64,000 nucleotides of DNA from contig NC_069000.1 of assembly GCF_001194135.2 (NCBI RefSeq), positions 7,113,372-7,177,371 on the forward strand, written 5' to 3'. Of the stretch, positions 1 to 14,626 are shown in pieces (position 1 is the stretch's first letter; every line of letters starts with the position of its first letter). A model generated the notes under the pieces. That model saw only the letters and a program-made list of their open reading frames with translations, made no database searches and was not told where the DNA came from. The position numbers and the translations under genes were made by a program. The DNA is from Octopus bimaculoides (taxonomy: Eukaryota).

Positions 1-80
1 ACATACACAGTGAGTTGTAAAAGATACACACACACACACAGTCGAGAATTGTACATAACTACACACACACATGCATACAG

Positions 81-129
<49 letters not shown>

Positions 130-590
130 CATATACATATATATATATATACCCACACACAAAATAGTAAAGGGCATTCACATACACACACAGTGTGTGG
201 TAAGATGCGTGTGCACACACACATCCCGGTGCAAGTGTTAAGGGACACACAGACACACAGTGCAGCCAGCCATGGATGCAGGAAGCAAGAAAAGTCTCCC
301 CACCACCTGAACACACACACACCACAGTCTCCTCCTCCTCGTCCTCCTCATCAGCTGTGTGACCCCTCTTACTGTGTTGTGTGATCCCTTTTAGTGGAGG
401 AGCTGTGCAAACACTGCGGCTGTTTACTTGATTTAACTCTTCCCAAGCAGCTTTCAATCAGAATCATTGACAAAATAGTTGGACAACATGAAATCTAAAA
501 TAACCAGAGTAACCATGTTGCAGGAAACACTGCATCGTATAACATATCATCATCATCATCATCATCATTACTATTAATAAGGCAGCAAAA

Positions 591-1185
591 GTGGTGAGCT
601 GGCAGAATCGTTAGCCTGTCAGGCAAAATGATTAGTGGTATTTCACCCATCTCCACATTCTGAGTTCAAATTCTGCCAAGGTAACTTCGCCTTTCATCCT
701 TTCAGGGTCGATAAATTAAGTACCAGTGAAAACACTGGGGTCAATGTAATTAACTCCCCCGCCCCCAGATTTCAGGCTTTGTGTAATCAACTCATCCCCT
801 CCTACCCAGATTTCAGTATAAGGGATTATTATTGTTGTTGTTGTTGTAAAAGGGTGGTGGAGTGGCTTTCATCATCTCTGAAGTTTATAAAATGAAGTAC
901 AAGTCAAGAATTGGGGGTCAATGGAACTGACTAATCCCCACCCATCAAAATTATTGGGCTCCATAGCTTAAATTATTAAATATTTCTAGGGAGCTGAGTT
1001 GGCAGAATCATTAGAATATCAGAAAGAAAGAAAAAATGCTTTGCAGTCTTTGTTCTGGCTCTTTACATTCCAAGTTCAAATCCTACTGAGACTGAATTGG
1101 CCTTTCATCCTTTCGAGCTTGAGGAAATAAAGTATCAGTCAAAAATCTTAGGCCCTATGGTACTGACTAACTCCTCACTGCCAAA
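591..1185 (+). mobile_element. Cluster of 2-3 SINE copies, family A (head ggtgagctggcagaatcgttagc; Deu/Nin-domain-like core gcctttcatcctttc.gggtcgataaa.taagtaccag)
   Basis: The same motifs recur at many loci in the window (2768-2903, 18990-19125, 23872-24215, 40660-41170, 60460-60560). The Deu/Nin label is from recall. Confidence 0.7.
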
Positions 1186-1274
1186 GACCGTCACTTTGAG
1201 TTTCAATCAGAATTACCATTATTATTATTAGTAGCAGTGATGAGGTACCTGAGAAAATGGCTCTCAGTAACTCT

Positions 1275-1333
1275 ATGATCTAGTTCCTCGATGATCTAGT
1301 TCCTCGATGATCTAGTTCCTCGATGATCTAGTT
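1275..1333. repeat. Perfect 16-bp tandem repeat ATGATCTAGTTCCTCG, 3.7 copies
   Basis: Direct reading. Confidence 0.95.
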
Positions 1334-2767
1334 TCAAACCCACTGGAAGCAACTAAGAATTTTATTCCCTTGGAACAATAGAATAATTAGTAATGTGGGG
1401 ATAAAGACAAAAATGACTATACTTTACAAATTCATGGTTTGGCAACAATAACGGATATGAGTAAAGTAGTACAGCACCCAGGTTGGGTGTCTCGGCTATC
1501 TGGGTGGGCTGCCTGGATAGTGTTTCACTTTCTGAATGTGACACCTTGCTTGTTACTAGACCTGCTTCAATAAGAATAACTTTACTTGAGAGGTGGGTGA
1601 GACTGATTAAGTTGTAATCATCACTGAGAGCCAACTCTAACTACATATGTTATTTTTAACACATCATTGATTAAAAGGATATAATTAACACTATGAGGGC
1701 TAAGATGGTGCCTCTGAATTCTTGATTAATTTCAAATTTAATTGAAACAAACAAATATGGTTAATGAGTACATTAGTAGATGTGTAAGTAGACAAGTGTA
1801 GATTGGATAGGTAGGTATGTAGGTAAGTGAATATGAGGGCCAATAGGTAGGTGACAGGTGAGTTAGCTCTGCTGGTAGATGCTGGCTCCCTAATTCATGA
1901 ATTCATGTAAATGTTGTTTTTTCAACATCAGAAATATTGGTACCAGTAATTACAAACATTGTCTCCACCAGCAAATCTCAAATGTGGGTACCTGTAATTA
2001 CTATACATAGGCTACAGGTGTCTAAATTATAACAACAGATTGTTTACACTTCAAAAAGTTCTCCAGCTGTTTGCATTTTCTTATTATTCCCTTTCACGGT
2101 AAAACCCTTAATTAACTGTAGTAATCCCCAATAAGACATATTTTAATCTCTGTCGCAACAAATTCAGTTTGTTACATCTGATCCTCAACCTTAAACTACA
2201 GTAATTACACAAGCAGATATGCTTTTCACATTTATATCATAAGAATCTTTGTTGTTTGAGCTAATACTTAAGCATACATCCACTACACACATACACACAC
2301 AATTGGTGTCGCAAGCTGCTTTTGGAGGTTGAGGTTTGGATAATCCTATAATGCTGCTTATACATCCCCCCATCAACACCACACAGAATCTTCCTTGTAA
2401 AACTAAACTGCCCTGTAAGCTTTAGCATTTCTTGTCTTGTTCTATGAATAAGTTTGCTAATGTAACAACACACACTATGTCTGTCTGTCATTATATACAC
2501 ACTCATACATATATCAACTGATTTAAATACATACACAGATACAGAATTTCCAAAACTAAGAAAATACATATATATACATATACCCCCCCCACTCTAACAT
2601 TTAAGCTGAACATGATGCTTATATTAGCAACCAATGCCATCTATTGCTGACATTCAAAAGAGCAAATATAACAATGTCAAAATCACAGGTAAATATGTTA
2701 GTTTGTTTAGAGTGTCTCAAATATAATGGACAGAGACAAAACAACAACAACAACAGCAATAATGGTA

Positions 2768-2903
2768 TCAAATTTTGACACAAAACCCAACACTTTTAAA
2801 GGAGAGTGTAAGTTGAGCACATCAACCCCAGTGCTCAACTGGGACTTATTTTAACGACCCAAAAGGATAAAAGCTGAAGTTGAGCTCAGTTGAATTTGAA
2901 CTG
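2768..2903 (-). mobile_element. SINE family A fragment
   Basis: The reverse complement matches the family A core and tail. Confidence 0.6.
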
Positions 2904-3401
2904 CCACTATTACTACTACTACTCCAGCTACTACTCTTGATACAACTACCGCTGCTGCTACAACTACTATTTGTTAATTACTCTACAAGATCTCTATAAT
3001 TGTATGCCAGAATATCTACAGTTCTTGGCAAGTTAGAGGTGTAAATGGTTCCAATTGAATAATTTTGGCTTAAATGGAAGTAAAAATCTTCATCTCTACA
3101 ACACCAACAAGAACAATAAATGCTATTGAATGTGATTATGAATTGAATTCACCTGGAATTGTGAATTCAATCCTGACCAAAGCAGTAAAGGTGAAGGAGA
3201 CCACTTCAACTGAAACTTTTAACCCTTCCATTACAAGCATTTTAATGAAATATGCTTGTTCAATAAATTTTCAAAATAATTAACTATCTGGGGGGATTTA
3301 CTGCAATAAGAAACTTATTTTCACTTCGTCAATCATTTGGACATTGACAGACTATGTGACTGGTTTTAATTGAGGAAGGAATATCATAGAATCAAGTCAA
3401 G

Positions 3402-3655
3402 ATGCATGGCTCAGTGGTTAGAGCATTGAGCTTACAATTGTGAGATTGTGAATTCAATTTGTGGATCAGGCTGTGTATTGTATCTCTTGAGCAAGACACT
3501 ATTTCATGTTGTGATGTCACAGGTGCCAAGCTGTATCAGCCTTTGCCTTTCTTTTGGAGAGGGGAGACTGGTATGCATGGGAGACGGTTGGTTTTCCGCA
3601 AACAACCTTGCCCAGACTCATGCCTTGGGAGGGAAAATTCTAGGTACATATGATT
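3402..3655 (+). mobile_element. tRNA-headed SINE (Meta-domain-like core plus 'gtgccaagctgtatcagcctttgcc' body)
   Basis: A-box-like tggctcagtggttag and degenerate B-box, then ttgtatctcttgagcaagacact. The body is shared with the inverted copy at 60895-61070. Confidence 0.7.
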
Positions 3656-5424
3656 CATTGTATCCCAGTTGTTTCACCTACCCAGTGAAATTATGGTAAA
3701 TGTGGCAGATAATTCTTCAAATACTGGTGTTCATTAATATAATCCTTGGGTACTATCAGTAATCAAGATGTTACAGTGAGTAACACAGCTGCGACTGACT
3801 TAGGTAAAAATCCACCCAACAGACTTTCATTCAGTTTCTGTAGACTTAATTTCACTTTGATGAATGAATATCACCACACACACACACCTCCTTAGAGTGA
3901 ATACCAACATTAGCATCCACCTGCAAAGATTTACTGCAATTTCTGATCAATGTTGTTAACACCTGTTTCAAATGCTCTTCTTCCTCATTTAACAAACTGA
4001 CAGCTATTAAAGAAGGCATGGGCAACTTTCTTTGAGAAGCTGGCAGCATGAGACATACCTCATCATCAAGTAGGCCACACTACTAAAAGAAGTCTAAGTA
4101 ATTTTTTGTTAGGCATACCATTCAGAAAATGTCACAAGCTACAGCTTGCATGTGGCTGTATTCAAGCTTACCATACAAATTCTAAAGACAGGGAGGTAGA
4201 CGACCAGTAACCCAACAAAACCATATAGAAATAATAGAAGGATGTGAAAGTAGGATATCACAAACCACACCATTCCTTATACTTGCAAGAGGAATTCTGC
4301 AGAAGTTAAGTGGGATACTGCAACTTTAACCTGGTCTGTATTTGTTACCTGGGCAAAATTTAATCCTAGAAATATAAAACCCCATCATTGAGAGTTTTTT
4401 TTGTTTTGTTGTCTTTTAAATTAATGATTAATCATGAAAATCTTAATATTCTGAAGCCCAACAAACATCCATGAAGATGGATTAAATATACCGTCTGTCT
4501 GTGTGTCTCTCTTCCTTTTAAAGAAAAGATTAGTTATTAATAGGGGGGCAAGGAGGGGGAGAGAAAGAGGTGCATATAATAGAGCAGGTGCACCACCATG
4601 TCAGCTGTATGTGTGTATGTGTTTATATAGATGTGTGTTTGTATATCTATGCGTGTGTCCCCTTCAATATAAGCACATATACATTTGAATATTTCAATGT
4701 TAGACAAGTGCAAGTGTATTTCAAGAGAGGACGTTGCTGGGTGGGAAAATGTGCAGCGAAACTTCATCTGCTTTGTGTTTTTGCATCTGCACAGAAATGT
4801 GCATTTACTTATAGATAGATTTATTATAAAAGCTGCTATCAAGCACAAATAGTAAGAGACAAAAATAGCAAAATGGAGTTAGACAAGTAATGGTTTGGAC
4901 AGGTTTACTATTAACACTTTTTAAGAAATAAGGAAAAACAAAAAAAACTCTACACCTTTTTTTCGTGCTCTCCATCTTCCCAAGACACCCTTAAACTTAT
5001 TTAATCCCTAACCTTGTTTATAGCTGACCTTTGATCTCACAGGGAAACAACTTCTAGTATATTCCATCTGTGTGCATGTGCACGCATGTACACATGCATA
5101 AAATCATCATCATCATCATAATGCCCACTTTTCCTTGATTGCATGGATTTGATAGGATTTGTTGACAGATTTTCTATGGCTGGATAGATTGATAGTAATA
5201 TTTCCTCCATGACCAGACATATTTTTGCAGAATACCAGAAATGAATGACACAGCTTCTATGACAGTGAAACTCATTTATAACTAACATGCAATGTCAAGA
5301 CCATTACATACACACACACAAAGCCTTGGGTCAACCTGGGGTTATAATGAAAGACATCAAAGTGCCACACAGTGAGACTGAACCTGAAGCCATTTGAACT
5401 TCTCAATCACACAGTCACACCTGC

Positions 5425-5533
<109 letters not shown>

Positions 5534-7143
5534 CACACTAAACGTTCTAAATATTGTAAATATACCCTCTAAAGATCAGGTTAAATAGTCTGGAAAATTA
5601 TAATATTAATGAGCTGGAAGAAGTTCTAGGAGTTATTACTGGACGTCTGTGTCTGTCTCTCTCTCTCTCATGCAAAAAGCAGGCTGTAATGAAGTAAATG
5701 AAAGATGTGTAATGTTGCATGGTAACGAGAGATGAGGAGTTGATTACGGAAGTGCAATGAAATTAGAGAAGTGAACTGTGAACGATCTGTTGGATGTGAC
5801 ATGGTTAAGCTGCATGGAAGGCTGAGCAAACAGCTGGGAGGGAGAGGCAAGTGGACTGATAGAGGTATGTGAAGGGACAACACCTGCTGAGTAGAGTGGT
5901 GGTGGTGTGTGTATGTGATGGAGACAGATGGTGGAAGGTATTGAGACATAGTTATATTTGCTGCAGGTCAGAGACAATGGAGCACCTTACAAGAAGTGAG
6001 AGGTGCTTGATGAAGATAAATCAAACTCATCTCTGCAGAAGGAAATGATAGAACACCATGATATACATACTTGCATGCACACAGATACACATGCACTTAC
6101 ATGCATATATGCAAATACACAGATGCACATACACACATTTTAGCAGTTCGGCAAAAGGGACCAACAGAACAAGTACCAAAATTAAAGAGACTAGAGTTCA
6201 TTTGTTAACTAAACTAGGGGTCCCCTAAATGGTCAATACTGACCACTAAGGGTGGGGTGTCTATAGGACTATTCAAGGGGTTGATAAATGCCTGGAAACT
6301 GCACATCTACTTATTATTGTTTAAAAGTAGAGTTTTCTTTATACCTGCAACTGAAGGAGTGTATATGTTGTGCATACCTTCCCTTGAAGGTAGTGGCTTG
6401 CAATGCCATTGGATAGTGTGAGGGTGGTTTCATAGACAATCGCTCTTGAGAGACAGGATCCTCCCAGTGGGCAGTTGGTAGAATTTCAACAATTACAAGT
6501 TGGGGTGTGTACCAGAGGTTGTGGAAGTATGTGTTTGTGTCTGCTGTAGCATGTGATGTTAGAGGCAATGTTGCCAAAGCAGGACTAATTGGCCACAACA
6601 TTGTAGGGGTTGAAAAGTTTATAACATGTACGATATAATACATGTGTGTGTGTGTATGTATGTGTGTGATAACATATACATACAGATATATATTTGTGAA
6701 TGTGTGAGTGTGCATAGCAGTCTGTATATATTTTTGTTACCCCAAAACGGAATCTTTCATTATGCCAATGAAATTGAAAACTAAAATTCTATAATCACCA
6801 ATTATATTTTGGAACGTTATATAACCAATATTTTACTAAGTTATAGGCTGACCCTTTCAACTAGAAGTGATATAATTAATAAACCATAACACATTAGAAT
6901 AGGTCCTTTTAAAGTAAAAAACAAAAATGATGCTTGACTATTTTTTTTTTAAACCCCTGCTTTTTCCTTTCTGACGCCCCTCCTCACCAACTCCATAGTC
7001 CATGTGATAAAAGGGGAATTAGTCATCAGCTATTGACACTGAAAGACAATCAGATTTACTTCCAACTATTGAAATGACACACATTTTTGGTAAAGAAACA
7101 GTGTGATGTGTAATGTTTGGAATATGACAGAGGAGGAGGAGGA

Positions 7144-7159
7144 GGAAAGATTAGAGATG

Positions 7160-7224
<65 letters not shown>

Positions 7225-7656
7225 TAAAGTACAGAAGCAAAGGAAATCTGCCAGACCAGTAGCTACTAATCCACACACACACACACAAATCAGTATTTAT
7301 ATAAAACCCTGCTGCAGAAAGCAAACATAAATATTGTTTTACACAACAACACACTGCAGAGGAAATGTAATTCACATACAGACAGACAGACTCTCACACT
7401 CACACACACACACACACAGAGTGAGTGAGAGAGAGAGAGAGAGAGNNNNNNNNNNNNNNNNNNNNNNNNNNNNNNNNNNNNNNNNNNNNNNNNNNNNNNN
7501 NNNNNNNNNNNNNNNNNNNNNNNNNNNNNNNNNNNNNNNNNNNNNNNNNNNNNNNNNNNNNNNNNNNNNNNNNNNNNNNNNNNNNNNNNNNNNNNNNNNN
7601 NNNNNNNNNNNNNNNNNNNNNNNNNNNNNNNNNNNNNNNNNNNNNNNNNNNNNNNN

Positions 7657-7730
<74 letters not shown>
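7144..7730. repeat. Representative microsatellite block ((GT)n, (CA)n, (GA)n, (TA)n around a gap); dozens of similar tracts occur across the window
   Basis: Direct reading. Confidence 0.95.
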
Positions 7731-7732
<2 letters not shown>

Positions 7733-9322
7733 TTGAGCCTAGGCATGAATTTGTAAGCAGCAGCGGAGAGAGAGAGACAGACAGACAGAGGGGTAGTGGA
7801 GTGATTACACACAAACACACACACAAGCCTAGGAGAGGACACAATACAGCAGAAGCACAACAGTCACTCCCATGGTTTGTCCTGACAACTATGGAGAGAG
7901 ACAAAGAGAGGGAGAGAGGGAGATATGGTGTCTATTAAGACTACCAATATTACTAGTGTTAAATGTAATGTTGGTGACCTTGTTAATACAACGCGTGCGC
8001 ATACACACATGTGCATACACACACATACATGTGTGCATGTGCGCGCGCACACACACCATAATAACTACTGCCATCAGCATAAATAGCTGTATCTCTGGCA
8101 ACTAAACACCACCACCAGCACTACCAGTATGTCACCACCACCACTAGAATGGGTAGAAGGGACAGTCAGTTGATCTGCTAGAAATACCAGCCCGTTCTCC
8201 CTCAGATCATACACACCCTACAATTTTACATAAGGGACACACTGGATAATGTTGTCTTAGATAACCTTAAACATAAGGTATAGTGACGGTTAAATGCTTT
8301 CTGATCCAGGCTTGCTTGATCAGGGCTGACCTGGGGTTAAACAACAACAGCTACATTATATGCTAGTAATTTTAAAACAACCAAATCAGAGATTATATAG
8401 AAATATACTACTACTACTGCTGCTGCTGCTACTACTACTACGATGACAATGACAGCTGCTACTGCTGCTGCTAATATTGAACAACAGCAAGTAGAATATG
8501 GCTAAATGGTTTAAATGTTGAGGAACTGTGAATAAGAAGAGGGCTGAGTTTGGACAAACTTCCCTGATGGTATTTATATAATGGGTGGTCAATAGGTAGG
8601 TATCAATACTTACATTAATAGAGCTGAAGGGATTGTAGGGAGCAAGAAAAGGGGAAGGGTAGAGCTACTTTAAACATTCCCTCCCCTCCCTCCCTCCCTC
8701 ATGTCCCACACTCTACGGCAGCTGAACTTAGGGAAACCCAGCTGAAAAGTGTAGCCGCATTGTTAAGTTTAATATCAGAGATAATCAGAGCACCTGTCGT
8801 GTGTGTGTGTGTGCATGCGCGTGTATTTAATCAACTCCTGTGTGTACTGGATGGAGCCAGATTGCTACAGCTGTCACACACTACCACCCTGCTATTACCC
8901 AGCTAACCCCCCCCTCTATCAATAACACTTGTCAGCTATATTATATGTGTATGATGTTACCCACAAATACTCCATGCACAGCAAACCTGTATTTATTTAC
9001 CTTTTGCTCATTTCACTCATTAGACAGCAGCCATGCTGAGATACACCTTAGAGGGCTTGAGTCGAATTGACCACACCCTTGGTACTCATTTTTTAAAAAT
9101 TTTAAACTGGATTACTTATTCCATTGGTCTCGTGCCAAACCAACTCCAGTTCTTAACCATTGGTGATGGACAAACACAAATAAACACATGTTTAATTTAT
9201 ATGATGGGCTACTTTCAGTTTCTGTCTACCATATCCACTCACTAGTTGTGTACCGGGATAAATGCAATCAACTGTACCCCTCCCTCAAATTTCAGGCCTT
9301 GTGCCTATAGTAGAAACGATTA

Positions 9323-9675
9323 TTATTACCTCCGCTTTAGCGAAGGCATTGTTTTTAGTGATGTTTGATTGTCTGTGGACAAGATATCTCAAGAACTGCC
9401 AGATGGATTCAGATGAAATTTTCAGGTATGTTTGGCCTTCTAACTGGCACAAAATGATTAGATTTCGGGATTGATCCAGTACTGGACAAGGATTCTGGAT
9501 TATTTTTCCTGTTTTTTTACTTAATTTTTTGAGAGTGGTTGGATTCAGTTTTAGTATTCTTATTTGTGAGAGCAGTTGAGTTTATTTCAGATATTCTCAT
9601 TTCAAAAATCATCTCTAATCGTTGTGAGGACGTTGGTGTTGCCTTGGCAGAGGTTTGCGCTCTCTGAGTGCTCTT
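9323..9675 (+). mobile_element. Non-autonomous Helentron-associated element (HINE/DINE-1-like)
   Basis: 5' ttattacctccgc..aagg and 3' sub-terminal inverted copy ccttggcagaggt (9642-9654), followed by the hairpin GCGCTC-TCT-GAGTGC (9657-9671), flanked by TT/TTA runs. This is the known HINE architecture. Confidence 0.7.
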
Positions 9676-9894
9676 ATTATTATTAGTATTAAGGCAGCAA
9701 GTTGGTAGAATAGTTAGCATAGTTAGCACCACTATCATCCTCACCTTCTCTTCTAAAATGTGAGTAACCATGTAGCTACCCTTTAGCAAGAAACCTGTTC
9801 TCTGCTGGCCCCTTCACATTCACTTGAACACCTCATTCTACAGTATAAAGCAGCTTCCTTCTCTTCTGCAACCCAACTCAGTCTTGCAATCTGC

Positions 9895-10095
9895 ATGGCA
9901 ACTTCACTGGTGATGGTGGCATGTAAAAAGTACCCAGCACGTGCTGTAAAGTGGTTGATGTTGGAAATGGTATCAAGCCATAGAGACTATGTCAGATTAG
10001 ACAATGGAGCATGTTGCAGTCCTCAGACCCATCAGATCCTGTCAAACCATCCAACTCATTGCCAGTTTCGAATATGGACATCAACTGATAACAAT
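9895..10095 (+). mobile_element. SINE 3' part with RTE-like tail
   Basis: gtaaaaagtacccag..gtaaagtggttg..aaaccatccaactc..gccag..tggacatcaa. A similar tail occurs at 18270-18380, 41930-41990 and, inverted, 49230-49380. Confidence 0.55.
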
Positions 10096-13000
10096 GCCAA
10101 AGCACACACACACACATACATAACTCCTATCTCTGAAAAAAAATCTGGTCCTTATACTGTCCCTGTGACGGTATTGTGGAAGAGTGTGTATAATTAAACA
10201 CTTTAGCCCAAGAGTCAGTTACTCTCAAATGTGTCCAGTAAGAAATGAACTGACAAACTACCAAACAACTGCTGTACAGTACTGTCCCACTACCACAGCA
10301 TATTAGAAATTGTAGAATGAATTAATGGAAATAGTTTATGACAGGCAGAAAAGGAAGAAAAAAAAAGCCTCGGATTTCTGAAAGAAGAAGAGAAGAAGAC
10401 TGTGTGACCTGTCAAACATGTCACACACAAAAAAAGATGACACGAAGGAACTTGGTAATTAATTAACCTTTATAATATGACTGCCTTGATCTACTGACTG
10501 CCTGGCCTGCCACTTTTGTGGAGAGAAATAAAACACAGATGATCTCTTCTGTAAGATAGATATATCATCAACATTACCACCACCACCACCACTATCATCA
10601 TCACTGTTGTTGCTGGCATGGACTGAATGAGACTAACTGAAGCAACATTCTAAGGTTGGATGCCCTTTTTGATGTCAACCTGTTACTTTATTCTCTGACT
10701 TAACACCAACTGCAAAAATGCCAGATGTACTATTTCTGTGGGGCATAAATATCATCTCCATTTGATTATATATCTATAGGGAACCTTCACCCTCTCTCCT
10801 ATTTCTTAGTAAACTATCTCTCTCTCCCTCTTACTTTGAAAGCAACTGTAGGTGGTGGCAGCAACAGTCTCCAGTCAAATGTTCCCATACACGCACGCAC
10901 ACATACACATCCTACACAGTGAAGATATATTCACAATTTGCACAGCAAAACAAACATTTGTGTACATGTACATAGATACACGTGGGTGTGTATTTATGAC
11001 CATTGTATTGGGTTAAAATGACAGCAGCACAACAGATAAAGTGTCTCTTTTACACCTTCAACGTTATCATGTGTCATTGAGCAGTCCCTTTTGTTCTTTA
11101 CTGCAATTTTCCGACAACTCCCTTCAAATGTTGATTTATAAAACATTATAACAGAGAGAGCAGACAATCCAGCAAGAAGACATCACAATTAAAAATAAAT
11201 TGATGAGCAACATTCGTTAGTGTCAGATAAAATCCTCATGGTATTTCATTACATCTCTATGTTCTCACTTAAATCCTATCCACTCAGGTGGACTTAGCCT
11301 TTTTCCCTATCAACATTGATAAAATTAAGTACCAGTCAGATACTAGGTCCTGACATAAATGACTATATACCTTCAAAGGTGGTGCCTTGGCTATCCCAAC
11401 ATCAACCGTTGTTGGGCTGCTACGCAGGGTACCAAGCCCACTGTAAAAACACGGATGTTCAAAGTCGAGGTAACCAACCAGAACACATACCAAGATGAAA
11501 TCAAACAAGTGACACGTGGTCACTTGACATGTTAAAAATAGCAGCCAATCCTCCTTCAAACCACATCCTACCATTTTGAAAAACGGAAAACATATTGGAT
11601 AATTTAGTTCAAGTTGCACTATACCAGGGTGAGGAGTGGACATGGAATGGCCATGGGTGTTAGCAGGCTAAACAACAACATAAAAGTCTTCAAGGGGTTG
11701 CCTTTTATGAGATGAAGCTGGATTACAATATTGGATCAGTAAGTATATAGATACGGAGAAGATCATAATTGGAAACCCTGTGTGTGTGTGTGTGTGTGTG
11801 TTATAGGAATTGGTCAAGAGACACATTGGCTAGGCTATATAGATTTAAATGTACATTTTGGTTGACAAGCCTTGGATGTCAATCAACCTTGGTTAAAGGT
11901 AATAATACTTTTAGAATGGGTGATTCCATTTTTGGGGAGAGGGAAGAGAGAAAAGAAAAAGAAAACAGTGAACTGGTGGAAGAAATGAAGAGGAAAAACA
12001 AAAAAAAAAGAGGGAAAAATTTAAGAAAAGAACAAAACCAGTTTTTAATGAACTTCCTGTTTGCAGAGATACCTTTGTGGAAGTAAACAGCTTAATTATA
12101 GATATAATTAATTAGAAGTAAATTAACAAAAGGCAGAATATGACACAAACACATAGTGATTATTTAAGGATCAAAGGCAACAGGGTTTCCAGAGGTGGAG
12201 GGGAAGTGGAGAAAGAACTCATCTTTTATCTTTTACTTGTTTTAGTCATTGGATTGTGACCATGCTGGAGCATGCATCCCAACACAATTCTTACACTCCT
12301 AAGTCAGATACTTCTATCTATCCCTTTTGCCAAGCAGCTATATTACAGGGACATAAACAAATCAACATGAAATAAAGGTTGTGTGTGCAGTTACATTAAT
12401 GTTTATCCAATAGACTTCTGATTTCACTCACAAGGTTTGAACATGTGGCCCAAAATTGGGATTGAAACTGATACCACATGATCATGAAGGAAAACTTGTT
12501 AACCACACACTTATACCCACATGTACAGCAGACATCATACACAAAAGAAAGTAACTCTATTGAAACCAACCAACCTGAGACCATCCAAGGTTCTAGGTTC
12601 TGATGACACACAATTTCTATTTTTAAAATATATTTGAAGAAAAAACTGGTCAGAAGTTCATGTAAGAACCTTCTGAACATCAATTTAATCAAGCAGAATT
12701 TTAAATACTTATTTATTTATCTTTTTAAAAGTAAATCTCTCTTAATTGTTTATTTTCAAAATAGCACATGATTTTGTTAGAAATACGGTCAGGAAAAGGT
12801 TACAAAATATCTACGTCTTTCAACAAATAAACAATAACGTGGGTGTAAAACCCAAATCAGGCAATGGCTAAGATGTCTGACTGTCAGGTCATGGGTCAAA
12901 GGTTCTTGCACATTATGCACTTGAAAGGATATTTAATTCTAAATGTTATGCTTGACCGGATTGTAAAGAATGCCTAAAGGTGTGCAGAAACATGAGTTGT

Positions 13001-13779
13001 ACACACACACACACACACACACACAATGCATGTGTGTGTGTATGTGTCTGTACACGCCTTTATCTATTCCTTACACTATATGTGAGTACATCCATGTGTA
13101 TGCATGTGTACATATGTACATGTTGAGTCTATGTACTAAGGTTTCACTGTCCACACTTGTGTCTAGAATGTCACAAACCAACCACACTTAATTGTCGCAC
13201 CCACCTTTTCATTCTTTCTGGTAAATCTAAGCGAAACAAACTAGATTGTTTTGGTTGTGTAATATATTTCCTGGTTAAAAAAAACAAAAACTGTAGGGGC
13301 TATCATGTGTCAGCAAGACAGCTTGACCTGTTGAAGGCCACTGTCAAAACCAGCATAAAGTACCTCTGTCTTAAAAATGAAGCATAACAGCAGGACAATT
13401 AAGAGTCACCAACAGAACAGAGATCATCAGATATTGGAAATAATCTAACATATTGGATTTGATTTCTTGCTCCGCAGGTGTGAGTGAGAAAGTGAGAAAG
13501 AGTGACTTCAACTCAAAGAGTCTGATATTTGAGCGAGAGTGTTTATTGGAGAAGAGACTATTTCTACACCATAGCAATGGAGGAAATACCTACTTCTATA
13601 CATGGTGGTGACATTGGTGACAGCTGTGATAGTAATGGTGGTGGTAATGATAATGGTGATTGAAATTTCTATCAGAATCATAAGCATGAGGTGCAGAAAA
13701 AGTGACCCCCAGCAGTTCATTTACTCAAATATTACTAGGCCTACTTGTCCAAAGTCTACTGTCTTGCCAACAGATTTCA

Positions 13780-14200
13780 CAACAGTGCCTGCCTTACAAA
13801 CTCATCATCTGGCCTCACTAGTAAACAGTCAAGGTAGAATTGGTAGAAGGAAATGGCTGGGTGAGGTTTGTTTCAGTTGTAATGAATTTGATGTGAATGC
13901 ACCGAGAACAGAGTTTACAGTGAGTAGTAAGAGATTTATGAATGAGAAATTTACTGGGTTAGGAGTTTAAGTGGCCAGAGACCAGAATCTAATGTAAGTG
14001 GTGGTGAATGTGGTTGTATCAGTTAACAGTTAATCTAAATAAAGAATGCTGCTGGTTAGGTGGAGTTGAGTTGGCCTGGTTGGCGATAGGCAGTGATGTT
14101 GTAAGTGGGTGTGACATGAAAAGTGAAACACACAGAGGAATGTTGTTGATGTTGTGTGTCGATATTACTATGGTTGTCTGATTAAGAACATCCCTTAACT
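13780..14200 (-). mobile_element. Possible CR1/L2-like LINE 3' remnant
   Basis: Minus-strand SFINLLLLTVNSVLGAFTSNSLQLKQ loosely resembles the CR1/L2 C-terminal SF.PRT..LWNSLP..VF.....LQ.FK motif. Weak. Confidence 0.25.
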
Positions 14201-14306
14201 GGCAAGTTTGACACCTTCAACAGCACAAAGAAAGAGTGCATGCTTGCACCAGTACATTTCAATCTCTTCTGAACACTGTTGATGGGTAACTACATCAAAT
14301 ACTAGT

Positions 14307-14626
14307 GAAGGTGAGTGGCTTGGTGGTTAGGGATATTTGGCTCATAATCATAAGGTCATGAGTTCGATTCCTAGCAGCACGTTGTATCCTTCAGCAAGGC
14401 ACTTTATTTCACATTACACCAGTCCACTCAGCTGGCAAAAATGAGTTGTACCTGTATTTCAAAGGACCAACCTTGTCACATTCTGTGTTAAGCTGGATCT
14501 CCCTGAGGACCATGATAAGGATATGTGTGCCTGTGGAATGCTCAGCCACCTGATGTTAATTTCATGAGCAGGCTGTTCCATTGATTGGATCGACTGGAAT
14601 TTTTGTCATTGTAAGAAACAGTTCCA
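14307..14626 (+). mobile_element. Near full-length tRNA-headed SINE (family C)
   Basis: A-box tggcttggtggttag, B-box gagttcgattcc and core ccttcagcaaggcactttatttcac..ccactcagctggcaaaaatgagt. The body matches the inverted copy at 62420-62720. Confidence 0.75.

Noticed and set aside
10-457. ORFs rich in YIYI/HTHT/VCVC/RERE (here and throughout, including those spanning N gaps)
   Set aside because: Translations of dinucleotide microsatellites and assembly gaps.
13455-13610. Good plus-strand acceptor (ttcttgctccgcag|g) followed by a ~43-codon open stretch
   Set aside because: No matching donor, no recognisable protein, and no other plus-strand exons.
14307-14380. tRNA-like sequences (also at 3402, 24238, 29561, 41630)
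   Set aside because: Only A/B-box remnants followed by SINE bodies; no complete cloverleaf.
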